Below, in pieces: positions 11,961-25,394 of a DNA stretch of 64,000 nt. The stretch lies in NCBI GenBank assembly GCA_963514005.1, contig OY740782.1, positions 87,358,001 to 87,422,000 on the forward strand, given 5' to 3'. Both the position numbers and the translations under genes were made by a program. The stretch comes from Raja brachyura (taxonomy: Eukaryota). Under the pieces are notes generated by a model, which saw nothing but the letters and a program-made list of their open reading frames with translations, searched no databases and was not told where the DNA came from. The stretch's first letter is position 1, and every line of letters starts with the position of its first letter.

Positions 11961-13429
11961 CTCCTATCCTGAATGAGTTCCGTAAGTCATGTGTGGCTTT
12001 GCGATCCAATTTTTCAACTTTGTTAGTCCAGATTTATTTCCATTCATATTAAATGCGTCATTTCCTAATTTTTTAAAAATTATAAGCACAGCTTGAATTT
12101 CAATGAGGACTTTGCAAAAAATAGTGTATTGACCTTTTGGTGAGTAAGATAGATGAGCTAAATAATTTCAAGATCACAATTTATTAATGAGCAGTTGTTT
12201 AAAACAATGTTGTAGAATATTGCCATCTGTTATTGTAATGAAGGTAGTAATCATAGCTTATTGAGAAAAATCGTACAATTCAAATTCAAATCACAAACCA
12301 GCTTTACACACACATCTCCGCCACATCCAACAAGAAAGGTGTTCAAAAATATATCTGGTAGATATGATGATGATAGAGAGTGATATGCACTGCATGTATA
12401 ACAACACTCTATCCACAAGAAACCAGCTTTGTATCAGGCAACATCTAACAGGACCCTTGCCTGTCACTACTGCATGGCTTCCATCAGTCTGAAGAGAAAT
12501 AAAATTGTATCCCTATTTCAGACTGCAGCCAACTAACACTGGTGACAAAACAATCGTGCAAAGAGATGGTTTTAGATGGAACAAAAGTTGGTATGATTAC
12601 TCATACATTAAAATAAACACTCAAAGAAATTGACAGAAACTAATCAGACATTAAAAAATGCCAAAGTTGTCTTGTAGTAGTAACGGATAATGGATATGAG
12701 GCACATGAATATCATAATCGCCACATTAAATCTTTAAATTTAGATTTTGTAAAATGTGACTAGGTAATTTAAAAATAACTTTGGCAAGAGGCTGATTCAT
12801 GTCATTTTCAGGATGCCACATATACTTTAGTTTGGATGAATGCACATCTATTTACTCTAAAATATACTTACATGAAAAAAAATATATATATATATTTTCA
12901 GTATTACATAATTCTTTCTCACATTCTGAACATTCTGAACAAATCTGAACATGTTAATTGCTAGAAAAATCATTGCTTTGAGTAAAATAAATCCCTAAAT
13001 CCAAAATTATGGTCTATTATTATTTAATAATTATTTTGATCAATCAATTGTAAATTCATGACAGAAATGATTTCAAAAAGTCATTTGTAGTTGGTATTTT
13101 TCCTTGTCATTGAGCAGCTTCAAGAAATCACATTATGTTAAATCACAGAAGGTACAAACAGCAGAAGTGGCTTTGAAAAATCTTGTTAGAATCTAATATG
13201 ATCATTTTAATGAGAAAGCTGATCTCCAACCCACTTCTAAAAGTTGTTTCAAGTAATTTTGGCATAACGATGCCTTCACAAAAAAAATGATTGATAATGT
13301 ATGAGATGCAGTTTTTTATAGCTTCTCTTCTCAGAAAATCCACCATTATCCCAATATCGTTCAATATCCCAATGTTTGTCCATTGGCATGAGAAGGAGCT
13401 GATAGCTAACCATCTACTTTAATGAGTAG

Positions 13430-13735
13430 GAATGACCTGCAGATGCTCGTTTAAACTGAAACCTGACACAAAATGCTGGAGTAACTCAGCAGGACAGACA
13501 GCATCTCTGGAGAGAAGGAAGGAGTGATGTTTCATAGAAACATAGAAAAATAGGTGCAGGTGTAGGCCATTCGGCCCTTCGAGCCAGCACCACCATTCAA
13601 TATGGTCATGGCTGATCATCTAAAATCAGTACCCCGTTCCTGCTTTTTCCCCCTATTCCTTCATTACTTTATCCCCAAGAGCTAAATCTAACTGTCTCTT
13701 GAAAGGTTTCAGGTCGAGATCCTTATTCAGACATC
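13430..13735 (-). repeat. Penelope pLTR unit interrupted by a CR1 3' fragment (13535-13705)
   Basis: TSD gtttca at 13529-13534 and 13706-13711; insert carries the (catagaaa)n CR1 tail. Confidence 0.7.
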
Positions 13736-14125
13736 GGACTGATCCCCTGTAATGATGTTTCCACAATGTTAGAAATTTTGTGGAAATATCCACATCATTT
13801 AAGAGTTCAGTGTTTCTATTATAAAATTTAAAAATACAATTTAAGTTATTAAATCGCAGTGTGTTACACTTATAACATTGGTGTGAATAATTCCATAAAA
13901 AATAAAAATAATTTTGTAAGTGGCATTTACTTATGGTCCACAAACAGTACATTTTCTGAAGTAATTGTTGATCATGCCTTTTTGCAACATGAAACATCTT
14001 AAGGTATTACCTTAGGATCCCCCAATGCGTTGACAACTGTCCCACTTACCAAAATCATACTTAAGTTGGCCCAAGCTTAATAACTTCCTTGTAATGGCAC
14101 GGTGACGAAAACTGAACGCAAACTC

Positions 14126-14680
14126 CAAGTTCAAGTTCAAGTTCGTTCAAATTTATTGTCACATGCACCTATTAAGGTACAGTGATATTTGAGTTACCAT
14201 ACAGCCATACTAAGTGAAAAGCAACAATACACACAGCCACATAAAATAAAATTTAACATAAACATCCACCATAGTGGCATCTACATTCCACACTGTGATG
14301 GAAGGCAATAAAGTTTAAACATCTTCCTCCTTGTTTATCCATGGTCAGCGCCTTTGTCCCTCAGCACTTGCTGCTGCTGACGGTCCGATGTCCGAAGCCC
14401 TCGCATCAGGATGATGGAAACTCTGGCGTCGGGACAGATCAGAAAACTCTGTGGCATGGAGCTCCTGAGTCGGCCGCTTCTTACCGGAGACTGCGGGATT
14501 CACGGTGTTAAAGTCCACAGGTCCCCTGGTTGGAGCTATTTCACGGGCGATCCTCGGCAAAGAATCGCCGGCTCTACAATGGTAAGTCCGCGCCGCACCT
14601 GCGGCTTGAAGCGCCGGGCCGGTCTTCAGGAAAGGCCGCACCACTTCGCTTTGTTAGGCCACAGGGGGGACGGAAAGTCT
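14126..14680 (-). mobile_element. Non-autonomous GC-rich retroposon with Rex1-like tail (copy B, 5'-truncated)
   Basis: Reverse complement closely parallels 21190-21724; (cttgaa)n tail. Confidence 0.7.
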
Positions 14681-15143
14681 TGAACTGTAAACCATACATC
14701 AAAGTCATAAATGAATAGAATTAAAGATGCGTTAACCCACCATAAATTAATTAAAATCATAGCGAGTGAAACTAAAAGAAAATAAACTCTTAACCTTATC
14801 CATTTATTGAAGGTTGGAGAACTCATTCAAATGAACAAGGTCGTATGAGATAGACCTACCATAAACAGCACAAAGGTAAAGGATTCGATATAGTGTGATT
14901 GGCCCATCAGCTCAAGTTAATCATGGACCCATCAATGGACAAAAACAGGAGATCCTGCATTGACATGCAAGGTGGATGTAGCCACAATTTCTCCCAAAGA
15001 CAAATGTAAGTATGCTCTGGCCCATTAGGAATCAAATAGAGTTGTGTTTATCATCATGTGCACAAGTACCCTAGGATTAGAGATACAATGAAAATCACAA
15101 GAGTGAAAAAAAAGCTGCAAAGGAGAAAAAAACATTAGAGGAA

Positions 15144-15371
15144 ANNNNNNNNNNNNNNNNNNNNNNNNNNNNNNNNNNNNNNNNNNNNNNNNNNNNNNNN
15201 NNNNNNNNNNNNNNNNNNNNNNNNNNNNNNNNNNNNNNNNNNNNNNNNNNNNNNNNNNNNNNNNNNNNNNNNNNNNNNNNNNNNNNNNNNNNNNNNNNNN
15301 NNNNNNNNNNNNNNNNNNNNNNNNNNNNNNNNNNNNNNNNNNNNNNNNNNNNNNNNNNNNNNNNNNNNNNN
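15144..15371. other. Assembly gap (run of N)
   Basis: 228 N bases. Confidence 1.
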
Positions 15372-15555
15372 AGAAACTCAGCGGGTGCAGCAGCATCTAT
15401 GGAGCGAAGGAGATAGGTAACGTTTCGGGCTGAAACCCTTCTTCAGATTGATAGGGGGTGGGAGGAGGCGGGGGGAAAAAAGGAAAAAGGAGGAGAAGCC
15501 CGAGGGCTGAGGGAGAGGTGGAAAGGGGAGGAGACAGCAAGGGTCAACAGAATTA
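15372..15555 (-). repeat. Penelope pLTR unit with hammerhead-like motif
   Basis: Reverse complement of ctgaagaagggtttcagcccgaaacgtt; parallels 33670-33990. Confidence 0.7.
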
Positions 15556-15556
15556 A

Positions 15557-15640
15557 ATATCTATCTATCTATCCATCTATCCATCTATCCATCCATCCAT
15601 CTATCCATCTATCCATCTCTCTATCTTTCTTTCTATCTCT
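15557..15640. repeat. (ATCT/ATCC)n microsatellite
   Basis: Tandem tetranucleotides visible. Confidence 0.95.
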
Positions 15641-16999
15641 CCCCCAAGTCCACGACTTGTATTCAAAAATAAACTTTATTGGGAAGTTCCTTAGATCTCC
15701 TGCTCCACTGTTACCACAATTGTTGCCCAGATATCCTGAATAATGCAGAAAATGCTGGAAGTACTCAGCAGATCAGACAGCATCTGAGGAGAGCCAATAT
15801 TTAAGTGTGCTGGAGAAACAAGAAACAAAAGGTGCTGGTTTACAAAATATAACATTTTTGATTTTACACGTCTGTAGTATTAGATGGGTATTTCTATTAG
15901 TTTGTGTAATAAAAGGGTGAAAGTTATCTCCTGCGAGCAGATGGTTTTGAATTACAGATCACCTCTGATCAAACAGTTAAGAGACTGAATGGGCTAAAAG
16001 AGAGACATTTGGTCCTTTGGTTCCAATTTTATCTCCTGTGAGTTGTCAACTTTCAATGTTGCAGTATAAATGAACTGCCCCCATATGTATAATATTAATC
16101 GACGATTTGTTAACTTCATTGGCATCTGGAAGTTCTGCTCAAAATATAAACACTTAGAATGAAAGTTAGGCAACAAGATAAAAACAGGATATTATGAACA
16201 CTCAATATTCCAGATGAATGTCAGACTGACTGGATATAGGAATAAAAACTGTCAATGACTCAGACCATTTATAAAGAAGATAGAATTAATCAAATTGATA
16301 CAGAAGGAAATAATATAATTCATTTTGAACAAGCAAGTCAATTATTTACGTGATAAAATATACAGGTTGAAATTCATTGTCAGGAAGAGTTTTAAACAGC
16401 CTTAGCTGTGTACTTTCTGTTATTTCACTATTTCCTCCAGCATTTTAAAAAGATGCACAAACCTATTTCATAAATTTAACATGACAGAAAATGTTGGTCA
16501 ATTTTCTTTTGCCATATAATAGCCCATTCCCTCTTTGAGCACAGCATGGCACAAAAGGTTTCCCACGGTGGATTTTATTGGGCTGGAAATCTCTGTGAGC
16601 AATTTAACAAGGGAAGAAAAAACCAGCTTGATAAACACTGACCGTTTCTGCTTCCTTCACTGATTTTTAAAATACCTTTTTAACTGCGCTTATTTTGAAG
16701 TGGCATATGTTATAGAACCGTTTTCTGAGGTATTAGTATTGGTTTAATATTATCATGTGTAGCTACATAGAATGATTTTTTTTTTTGTTTTGCACTATCC
16801 AGGAATGTCATATCAGGGTAAGTACATCAAGGAAGTGCAAAAAACAAAAGTGCAAAATATAACTGCTTACTAACTCATTCAGAGGAATTACTGATTGCAA
16901 TTGCCCATTATTATTTGTGCCTTCATTATTGTAAATTGCTATCTTTCTTTTCCAGCAGATAGTCCTTTCTGATGTGAAACCCAACATTTGATAGGTGTA

Positions 17000-17110
17000 C
17001 ACACACAGGAAAAAGCTGGAGTAACTCAGCGTGTCAGGTAGCATCCCTGGAGAAAAGGAATGGGTGATGTTTCAAGTCAAGACACTTCTTCAGACTGAGA
17101 GTCAGGGGAT
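17000..17110 (-). repeat. Penelope pLTR-derived unit
   Basis: aaaagctggagtaactcagc...gtttcaagtcaagacacttcttcagactga. Confidence 0.7.
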
Positions 17111-18509
17111 TGGTTTAACCTACCAACTCCATGCTAAAGTCGGATGCTCTACATTAACGCCACTCCTAATTCCATCTCTGGTCTAGTCTTCATTCACAAC
17201 CTTGCAATTGAAATGACAATAACGCCAGTACTTACTGTACATTCCAACTGGTCCTTGGATTAATCTGAAATTTGCTACACTGCATTATAAACAGATAGAA
17301 ATCAAAGTGTTTCTCGTGTTTTGATTGATTAAGATATACACAGGTGCCATTTATTTTTGTGAAATTGGACAGTCAATCCAAAAAGAAAAATTATATCTCA
17401 CATACTAACTGAAAGTGGGTGAACATATATTGACAGTTTGGAAGCTTAGCTTATGGACGTCAGATATCTAATATCACAGCATAGATTGTATCGCCTATCA
17501 TCAGTTCAATTTTGTTCACTTATTTATCCAATTTACTTGCAAATATGTACAATGAAACTTTTGCAGTAACATTGTTTGAGAATTAAATACAAAATTAAAA
17601 CAAACAAGTGATATTTACCTATTGTCATTCCAGAACAAGTAAAATTGAGAGTTATCGCAAGCTGCTTAGAACAATGATATCTCACATTTTCATTTCCAAA
17701 TCAATTGCCTTGTCCCATCAAACAAGTGCAAAATCTTTATTATTGCAAGCACAAAGCTGAAGTGATCCATTTTTTCACTCCGCAGAACCCATCACAGTGA
17801 ATTGTTTTACCTTTAATATACATGCATTCTGACAATACTAAATGTAATTGTCCTCAATTGTGCAGACGGGCTGACTCACCTGGGGTCAAAGTCGTGGAGA
17901 AAGGCACCTCTGATATATTTTACACCTGTGACACAATGGCCTCAAGCTCCTCTTAGCAGCTGCATGAAGGTTTCAGATACACAACTGTCATTCCAATGAC
18001 ACATGTCTTGGTGAGATGCAGTTTTACCATATTCAAAAGATAATAAAAGAAAATATACATGTTTAATTCCGTTCCTAAAATATTCTATAGAAATCTCACT
18101 CATTCTTCATTCTTTCCATCCCTGATTCCGCTTCATCTTTTCCATTCCAAATTCAGATTGGCATAGGGTCAGTAAGATCAATGGTTTGAATAGAGCAACC
18201 AGTGCCCAAGTGAATTCAATTATTGGGCTGTAGACGAGGGTTCAAACTAAATAGAAGAGGGTTGGGCAGGGAGAAGGATGGTTGGGGGCAAGGTTTTGCA
18301 GAAGGGAAATGTAGAATGTTTCAGAAAAAAGATAAGGTGTTATTGCAAGGTCGCAAAATGGATACTAATTACTGAAGTTTGTAAGGAAGTGACATTGTAC
18401 AAAGGCATTCAATTATACATCCCATTGGAGGCAGGGCAGAGAAAATGATATTAAGACAAAAAATGAAAGCTAGGTCTTTATGTCTGCAGAATTGACAATA
18501 AGATCGATG

Positions 18510-19970
18510 TTCTATGGACTCTGGATCAGTTCCTGTGGACTGGAGGGTAGCTAGCGTAACTCCACTTTTTAAGAAAGGAAGGAGAGAGAATAAGGGAAAT
18601 TATAGACCCGTTAGCCTTATATCGGTAGTGGGGAAGATGCTTGAGTCGATCATTAAAGATGTAATGGCAGCGCATTTGGAAAGCAGTTACAGGATCGGTC
18701 AAATTCAGCGTGGATTTATGAAGGGGAAATCATGCTTGGCTAATCTTCTGGAATTTTTTGTAGATGTACCAAGTAGAATGGATTAGGGAGAGCCAGTGGA
18801 TATAATGTATCTGAACTTCCAAAAAGCCTTTGATAAGGTCCCACACTAGAGATTAGTGTGCAAAATTAGAGCAGATGGTATTAGGGGTAGGGTATTGACA
18901 TGGATAGAGAACTGGTTGGCAAACAGGAAGCAAAGAGTAGGAATTAACGGGTCTTTTTCAGAATGGCAGGCAGTGACTAGTGGGGTGCCGCAAAGCTCGG
19001 TGCTGGGACCCCAGTTATTTACAATATATATTGACGATTTAGATGAGGGAATTAAATGTAACATGTCCAAGTTTGTGGATGACACAAAGCTGGGTGGCAG
19101 TGTGAGCTGCGATGAGGATGCTAGGAGGCTGCAGGGTGACTTGGATCGGTTGGGTGAGTGGGCAGATGCACGGCAGATGCAATTTAAAGTGGATAAATGT
19201 GAGGTTATCCACTTTGGTGGCAAGAACAGGAAGGCCAGTTATCTGAATAGTGTTAGATTAGGAAAAGGGGAGGTGCAACGAGACCTGAGTGTGCTGGTAC
19301 ATTAGTCACTGAAAGTCAGCATGCATGTACAGCAGGCAGTGAAAAAAGCTAATGGCATGTTGGCGTCCATTGCAAGAGGATTTGAGTTTAAGAGCAAGGA
19401 GGTCCTACTGCAGTTATACAGAGCCCTGGCGAGACCGCACCTGGAGTATTGTGTGCAATTTTGGTCTCCTAATTTGAGGAAGGACATTATTGCTATTGAG
19501 GGAGTGCAGTGTAGATTCATCAGGTTAATTCTCGGGATGGCTGGACTGACATATGATGAAAGAATGGGTCGACTGGGCTTCTATTCACTGGAATTGAGAA
19601 AGATGAGCGGGGATCTTATACAAACATATAAAATTCTTAAAGAATTGGACAGGCTAGATGCAGGAATTTTTTTACCAATGTTGGGGGAGTCCAGAACCAG
19701 GGGTCACAGTTTAACAAAAAGGGGTTGGCCGTTTAGGACTGAGATGAGGGAAAAGTTTTTAACCCAGAGAGATGTGAATCTGGAATTTACTGCCACATAA
19801 GGCAGTGGAAGCCAATTCACTGGTTGTTTTCAAGAGAGAGTTACATTTAACTCTTAGGGCTAAAGGAAGCAAGAGATATTGGGAAAAATCAGGAATGGGG
19901 TACTGCTCGAAGGGCTGAATGGCCTACTTTTCCTATTTTCCAAATGCATCTATTTTTCCATGTTTCTATG
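18510..19970 (+). mobile_element. 5'-truncated CR1 (HER1-like) LINE, RT region, nested in an older CR1
   Basis: DWRVASVTPLFKKG, NYRPVSL, SGVPQ..VLGP, KFVDDTKLGG, RPHLEYCVQFWSP; in-frame stops; (tttctatg) tail. Flanks rejoin as NKIDEL..EIEIN-like CR1 endonuclease start. Confidence 0.92.
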
Positions 19971-20179
19971 ATGAACTAGGAGCAGAATAGAAATAAATGG
20001 GGAAATTCCAAGTGAACAAAATTAGAAATTAAATGTTTCAGAACACATAACTTTCAGAAGCGAAGGGCAAATGGAAAAGGAGGAGAGGTAGCCTTGATAT
20101 AAAAAATTGGAGTAAACACACGAGAGAAAATATCCCAGCTTAGAAAACAAAGAAGTAGAATCAATCTGTATGAAGGTAC

Positions 20180-20345
20180 ACTCAGTGGGTCAGACAGTAT
20201 CTGTAGACGGAATGGATAAGCAACGTTTTAGACTTTAAAGGTGTCTGTTGATTCCTTCCACAAATGTTGCCCGACCTACTGAGTTACTCCAGTACTTTGT
20301 GTTTTGCTCAAGATTCCAGTATCTGCAGTTCCTTGTATCTCTCTT
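20180..20345. repeat. Inverted pair of Penelope pLTR-derived units
   Basis: actcagtgggtcagacagtatctgtagacggaat ... attccttccacaaatgttgcccgacctactgagt. Confidence 0.6.
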
Positions 20346-21026
20346 CTCAGTTCAATCTAAATCTGGTATCTCAAATCTAAGCAACTAGAAAGGCTACTGT
20401 ATAAAAAGGTTATGACATAAACAAGCAATGGCTAACATTAGAAGAACTGGTATGTAGTTTGCTGTAAATGTATATCTCTTTAGAACACAAAAGGACAAAT
20501 GCAGTCTTGCTATGACTGACAAGAGTAGTTGAAGGTGGTAGTAAATCAAGGGAAAAGGTGAATAATGTTTCCAAAAAGAACTGTAAACCTGGAGATTGAT
20601 CAAAGTCCAGAACAGAGCAAAAGAGAACCAACAGATTGAAAATAAAAGAGTTAGTAGAATGAATAGGGAGTAATCTTGTACTGAACATAAAAACAGCTTG
20701 TTTCCATCTTCCCTGGTATAATTTCTTCTGGCTCTATCTGCAAGGGACACACATTAACTTTAGTTAATCTTTATTTTCTATACATCTACAGATGTTTCCT
20801 AGTTGTTTTATGTGTTCTGCTAGATTACATGTAGCAAAAATGTTTATATCTGCGCTCCTCTTCTACATTAATATCTTAGCCCTCTTCTTTCTCTATGATT
20901 GGAAAGTAGCGATTGTAACCCCACTATTTTAAATAGGAGGGAGAAAGAAGACAAAGAAGAAGTTAGCTTAATATAAGTAGATGGGAAGCGGTAATAGGGC
21001 ACCTCAAAAATAGTGATAGGATTAGT

Positions 21027-21724
21027 CGCTGGCTGCCTTGCCCACAGTCTGTCTGTCATTTCTTCTTTTCGATATTTTTCATATGTGTTAAAAAGTTTGT
21101 TTTCATGTTCCTTGGTTTGTTTTATGTGGGGGGTGGGGGGGTAGGAGAAACTGTTTTTCAATCTCTTACCTCGATGGGAAAGCGATTTTTTGCCCCCACT
21201 GCGGCCTAACATCGTGGAGTTTGCGGCCTTTCCTGGAGACCGACCCGGCGCTCCAAGCCACAGGAGTCTACGGGACTTTAACATCGCAGAACTTGCAATC
21301 CCTTTGCCGGGGATTGAAGCTCCAACCGTGGGGCCTCTGGACTTTAACATTGTGAAGCCTCTGGGAAGAAGAGGCCGACTCAGGAGTTCCATGCAGCAGA
21401 GAGAGTTTCAACCGCCCCGATGCGGGCGTTTCGATCACCCCGATGGGGGCCACGATCGTTGGCTGCGGCGGGCTTTGATGGCCCCGACTGTGGATGGTTT
21501 GACTGTCCCGACTGTGGGAGAACAAGAGGAAGAAGATTGAACTTCATTGCCTTTCATCACAGTGAGGAATGTGAAATCCACTGTGTTGGATGTTTATGTT
21601 AACTTTTATGTGGCTGTGTGTCATGTTGCTTTTCACTTAGTATGGCTGTATGGTAACTTAAATTTCACTGTACATTAACTGGTACATGTGACAATAAACT
21701 GACCTTGAAACCTTGAAACCTTGA
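21027..21724 (+). mobile_element. Non-autonomous GC-rich retroposon with Rex1-like tail (copy C)
   Basis: Same architecture as copies A, B and D; tail tgtgacaataaa plus (ccttgaaa)n. Confidence 0.7.
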
Positions 21725-22461
21725 GAATCAACAACAGATTTATGATAAAGTTAATTATGTTTGACATATTTGTGGAAATGTTTCAGTGTCTAACTAACTA
21801 ATATAAATGGTACATTTGGACTCGCAGACGGCCTTCATTAAGGAGCTACTAGGTGATTAATATACAAAATTGAATGCAGGAAATTGGATATAAAATCATA
21901 GCATGGATTAAGGATTGTTACCCGTTGCCAGGGATGATGGTGTAGGCAGATATAATAGTGATGCTTTTGGATAGGCATATGGATATGCAGGGAGTGAGGG
22001 ATGTGTGCAGGCAGATTAGGGCTGGTGTTGACCATGTTCGGCACAATCTTTGTGGACCGAATGGCCTGTTCCTGTTCAGTATTGTTGTATATTCTATGTT
22101 ACCATTAAAAACAGGACACAAAATTGATTTTTTTTATAAAAGGGACTTGCATTCCTTTTTCCCATCTTCCTTGATATAGGTCCCCATTGAAGGACTCTAA
22201 GCATTATATTTGTAACCACCAACATTTACCAGCAAATCTGGCATAAACTACTCACATCTTCTCAGTGCTTAATAGACTTCAGTTTTGTTAAATTTGGGGA
22301 CCTAGCCAAAATAATATATTTTCTGTTATCATTGCTCAAAATATAATTATTCCGAAATAAGAGGCCAAGTAAATCAATAATTGTGTCAGTTCTTTTATCA
22401 CATAAATTGTGCAATTTTGGAATCAATTATTCTGTATTATCAGTGAGCTGGTTACAATATA

Positions 22462-23270
22462 TAGAGTCATAGAATCATAGAGTGATATAGAGTGGAAACA
22501 GGCCCTTCGACCCAACTTGAGCCCATATCAGCCAACATGTCCCAGCTACACTAGTTCCAACTGCCCGCGCTTGTACCTGTCCAACTGTTTCTTAAACGAT
22601 GGGATAGTCCCAGCCTCAAATACGTCCTTTGGCAGCTTGTTCTATACACCCACCACCCTCTGCGTGAAAAGGTTACCCCTCAGATTTCTATTAAATCTTT
22701 TCCCCTTCACCTTGAACCTATGTCATCTGGTCCTCGATTTCCCTACTCTGGGTAAAAGACTGTGCATCTACCCGATCTATACGAGATTGATCCCTGGGAT
22801 GGCGGGACTGTCATATGAGGAAAGATTGAAAAGACTAGGCATGTATTCACTGGAGTTTAGAAGGATGAGGGGGAATCTTATAGAAACATATAAAATTATA
22901 AAAGGACTGGACAAGCTAGATGCAGGGAAAATGTTCTCAATGTTGGGTGAGTTCAGAACCAGGTGCCACAGTCTTAGAATAAAGGGGAGGTCATTTAAGA
23001 CTGAGCTGAGAACATTTTTACCTAGAGAGTTGTGAATTTATGTAATTCCCTGCCACAGAGGGGCAGTGGAGGCCAAATCACTGGATGGATTTAAGAGAGA
23101 GTTGGATAGAGTTCTTGGGGCTAGTGGAGTCAAGGGATATGGGGACCTATTTTCTCTATCTATGTTTCTATTACTCTCATGATTTTGTATACCTTTATAA
23201 GATCTCCCCTCATCTTCCTATGTTCCATGGAATAGAGACCAAACCTACTCAACCTGTCCCTATTGCTCAT
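22462..23270. mobile_element. Minus-strand CR1 3' fragment with a plus-strand CR1 3' fragment (~22781-23170) inserted into it
   Basis: Inner piece encodes TRLIPGMAGLSYEERLKRLG...; the outer pieces rejoin across the insertion (cgatctat|...|tactctcatgattttg). Confidence 0.8.
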
Positions 23271-23295
23271 ATCTGCAAATTTCCTATCTATCATA

Positions 23296-24614
23296 TCTAT
23301 ATTACTAAACGCCTGATCTTGACCACTTCCTGTTGTTCTGTACATTGATTTTAGACAAAACGCTGCCATTTACGGCTGTGATTTTTGGCCATCTTACTCC
23401 GCTCCGCTGCAGAGGACAAGAGGATTTTTCCCATCGTAGTGTTTAAAAAATGTTGAGATTCTCTCTCCTGAAGACCACGCCCCTTCCGGAGGGATATAAA
23501 ACCCGGAAGTGTTGGGTACCTCAGTCTCTGCAGGATGGGGGAGCGAAAGGACCATGTCTCTCAGTCTGAGCTGTGAATAACACTGAACAAAACTGTGAGT
23601 GGCTTTACTGACCTGTCAGTGCCCTTAATGTGGTTTGAAAATATAGTTTGGAAAAGCTGAAGCTGTGTTGCCTTTGGTTTGAAAATGCTAAAGCTGTGTT
23701 GCCTTTGGTTTGGAAATGCTAAAGCTGTGTTGCCTTTGGTTTGGAAATGCTAAAGCAATGTTGCCTAATTAAAGTTGCCTTGCCTAATTAAAGATGCCTT
23801 GCCTAATTAAAGTTGCCTTGCCTAATTAAAGTTGCCTTGTCTAATTAAAGTTGCCTTCCCCCCTATATAATTAAAAGTCTAATCTTGACACTTCCTGTTT
23901 GCGCTTTATATTGATTTTAGAAAAAACGCTACTACATAGGGCTGTGATTTGTGGCCATCTTACTCAGTCCCCCTCTGTTCATCAGGTGCCGAGGATTTTT
24001 CCCATCGATGAAAAATAAAAGAGTTATTAGTGTTATAAAATGTTGAGATTCTCACTCCTGTCAATCACATCATGAACGCCATGCCCCTTCTGGTGGGAGG
24101 GGAGAGGGACTATAAAACCCAGAAGTGTGGGTGTGACTCAGTATCTGCAAGATGGAGGAGAGGTTACGACTCGCTGTCCTTAGTGGCCTTGCACCCTGCT
24201 TGAAATGGTATGAAACTGCACTTGAATTTGGTGGCCTTGCTCCCTGCTTGAAGTGGTAAGAAACTGCACTTGAATTTGGTGGCGTTGCACCCTGCTTGAA
24301 ATGGAATTTCAAGGAATATCCATCAGTAAACTGCCAGCCCACTAGCCGTGAGTGAGTGAGCTGCCAGCACAACAGGCTTGAGTGACTGAGCAGCCAGCCC
24401 AAGAATCCATTTGGCCCACAATGTCCATACTAGCCCTCTGTAAACCAGTCCCTTCAGCCCACAACACACATACTAGCGCTCCAGAAAGCCGCCCCCCCCC
24501 CCCACCCTCCCCCACTGGCCACCAATATTGAAATTGGTGGAGAGGTGGAATATTGCATTAGGGGACCAGCCCTCCCATGTGATGCTGGGACCCAACGGGT
24601 CCTACTCAGTCTAG
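23296..24614 (+). mobile_element. Non-autonomous Helitron 1
   Basis: A|TCTATATTACTAAA 5' end; hairpin gggaccc-aac-gggtcct at 24587-24603; CTAG at 24611-24614; internal 31-, 19- and 48-bp tandem arrays. Confidence 0.75.
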
Positions 24615-25394
24615 TATTATATAAAACTCTGTGTGTGGGTGTGTGTGTGCCATTTCGCATGCGATTCATAACTCCTCGAAAACCCGACGCGGTAGCGGTG
24701 AAATGTTTACATATTCCGGTAGATATTTACCTCATGATTTCGAAAATCCTCTCGTCTGTAAATTTGTGGCATTACTTCCTGAATTTTTTACTAAAATTGC
24801 TCACCAATCTGACATTTTTCAAATCTAACCGCTGAAACGAGCTGATGAACCCCCCCCCCACCCCCCTCGACTCAGTCATTTTATCGCGTCCCGACTCGCT
24901 GTGCTGTTGACTAGCACACATCAGCCTCCCACAGCCCAGCGCTCAACACAAAATATGCTCGCGCATTGGCTCGGATTCTAGTACATGGCGGCAGTAGCCG
25001 TTATTATCACGCGGGCGCAGGGCAATGCAATGGGAAGGTGGCCCTGGCGGTTATTACTCCCTCTGGGAGAGGCCGTTTATGGAGACCTCTGATGCCTCCG
25101 TTGATCGCAGGGACACGGGGAATCGTGGCGCCTTTTCCTTGCTGGTGATCCCGATCCCACCTGGTTGTCACTCAGGACGACCTCCTCTCTGTCTCCCCTG
25201 CCCGATTGTCTGTCACGCAGGTGGGTGAGATTTCCCATCGCGGAAGCCATGATCGGCTGACCCTCCGCTGCTTTTGAGTCTGCCCGCTCGCAGCAGCAGG
25301 GCTGCATGCTCAAAGGACGCCGCAAATTAGAAACCCCAGCTCCAAAAGGCAGTGGACACCCGGAAACCCCAGCTCCAAAAGGTGCAAGCTCCCC

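Noticed and set aside
15025-15396. 123-aa ORF
   Set aside because: Artefact of the N gap.
17850-18020. Possible extra minus-strand exon (CAG|GTGAGT-like donor near 17880)
   Set aside because: No recognisable protein and no convincing partner exons.
23655-24305. Short regularly repeated units that might suggest a CRISPR array
   Set aside because: Contiguous tandem repeats with no unique spacers, inside a Helitron in vertebrate DNA; no cas genes.
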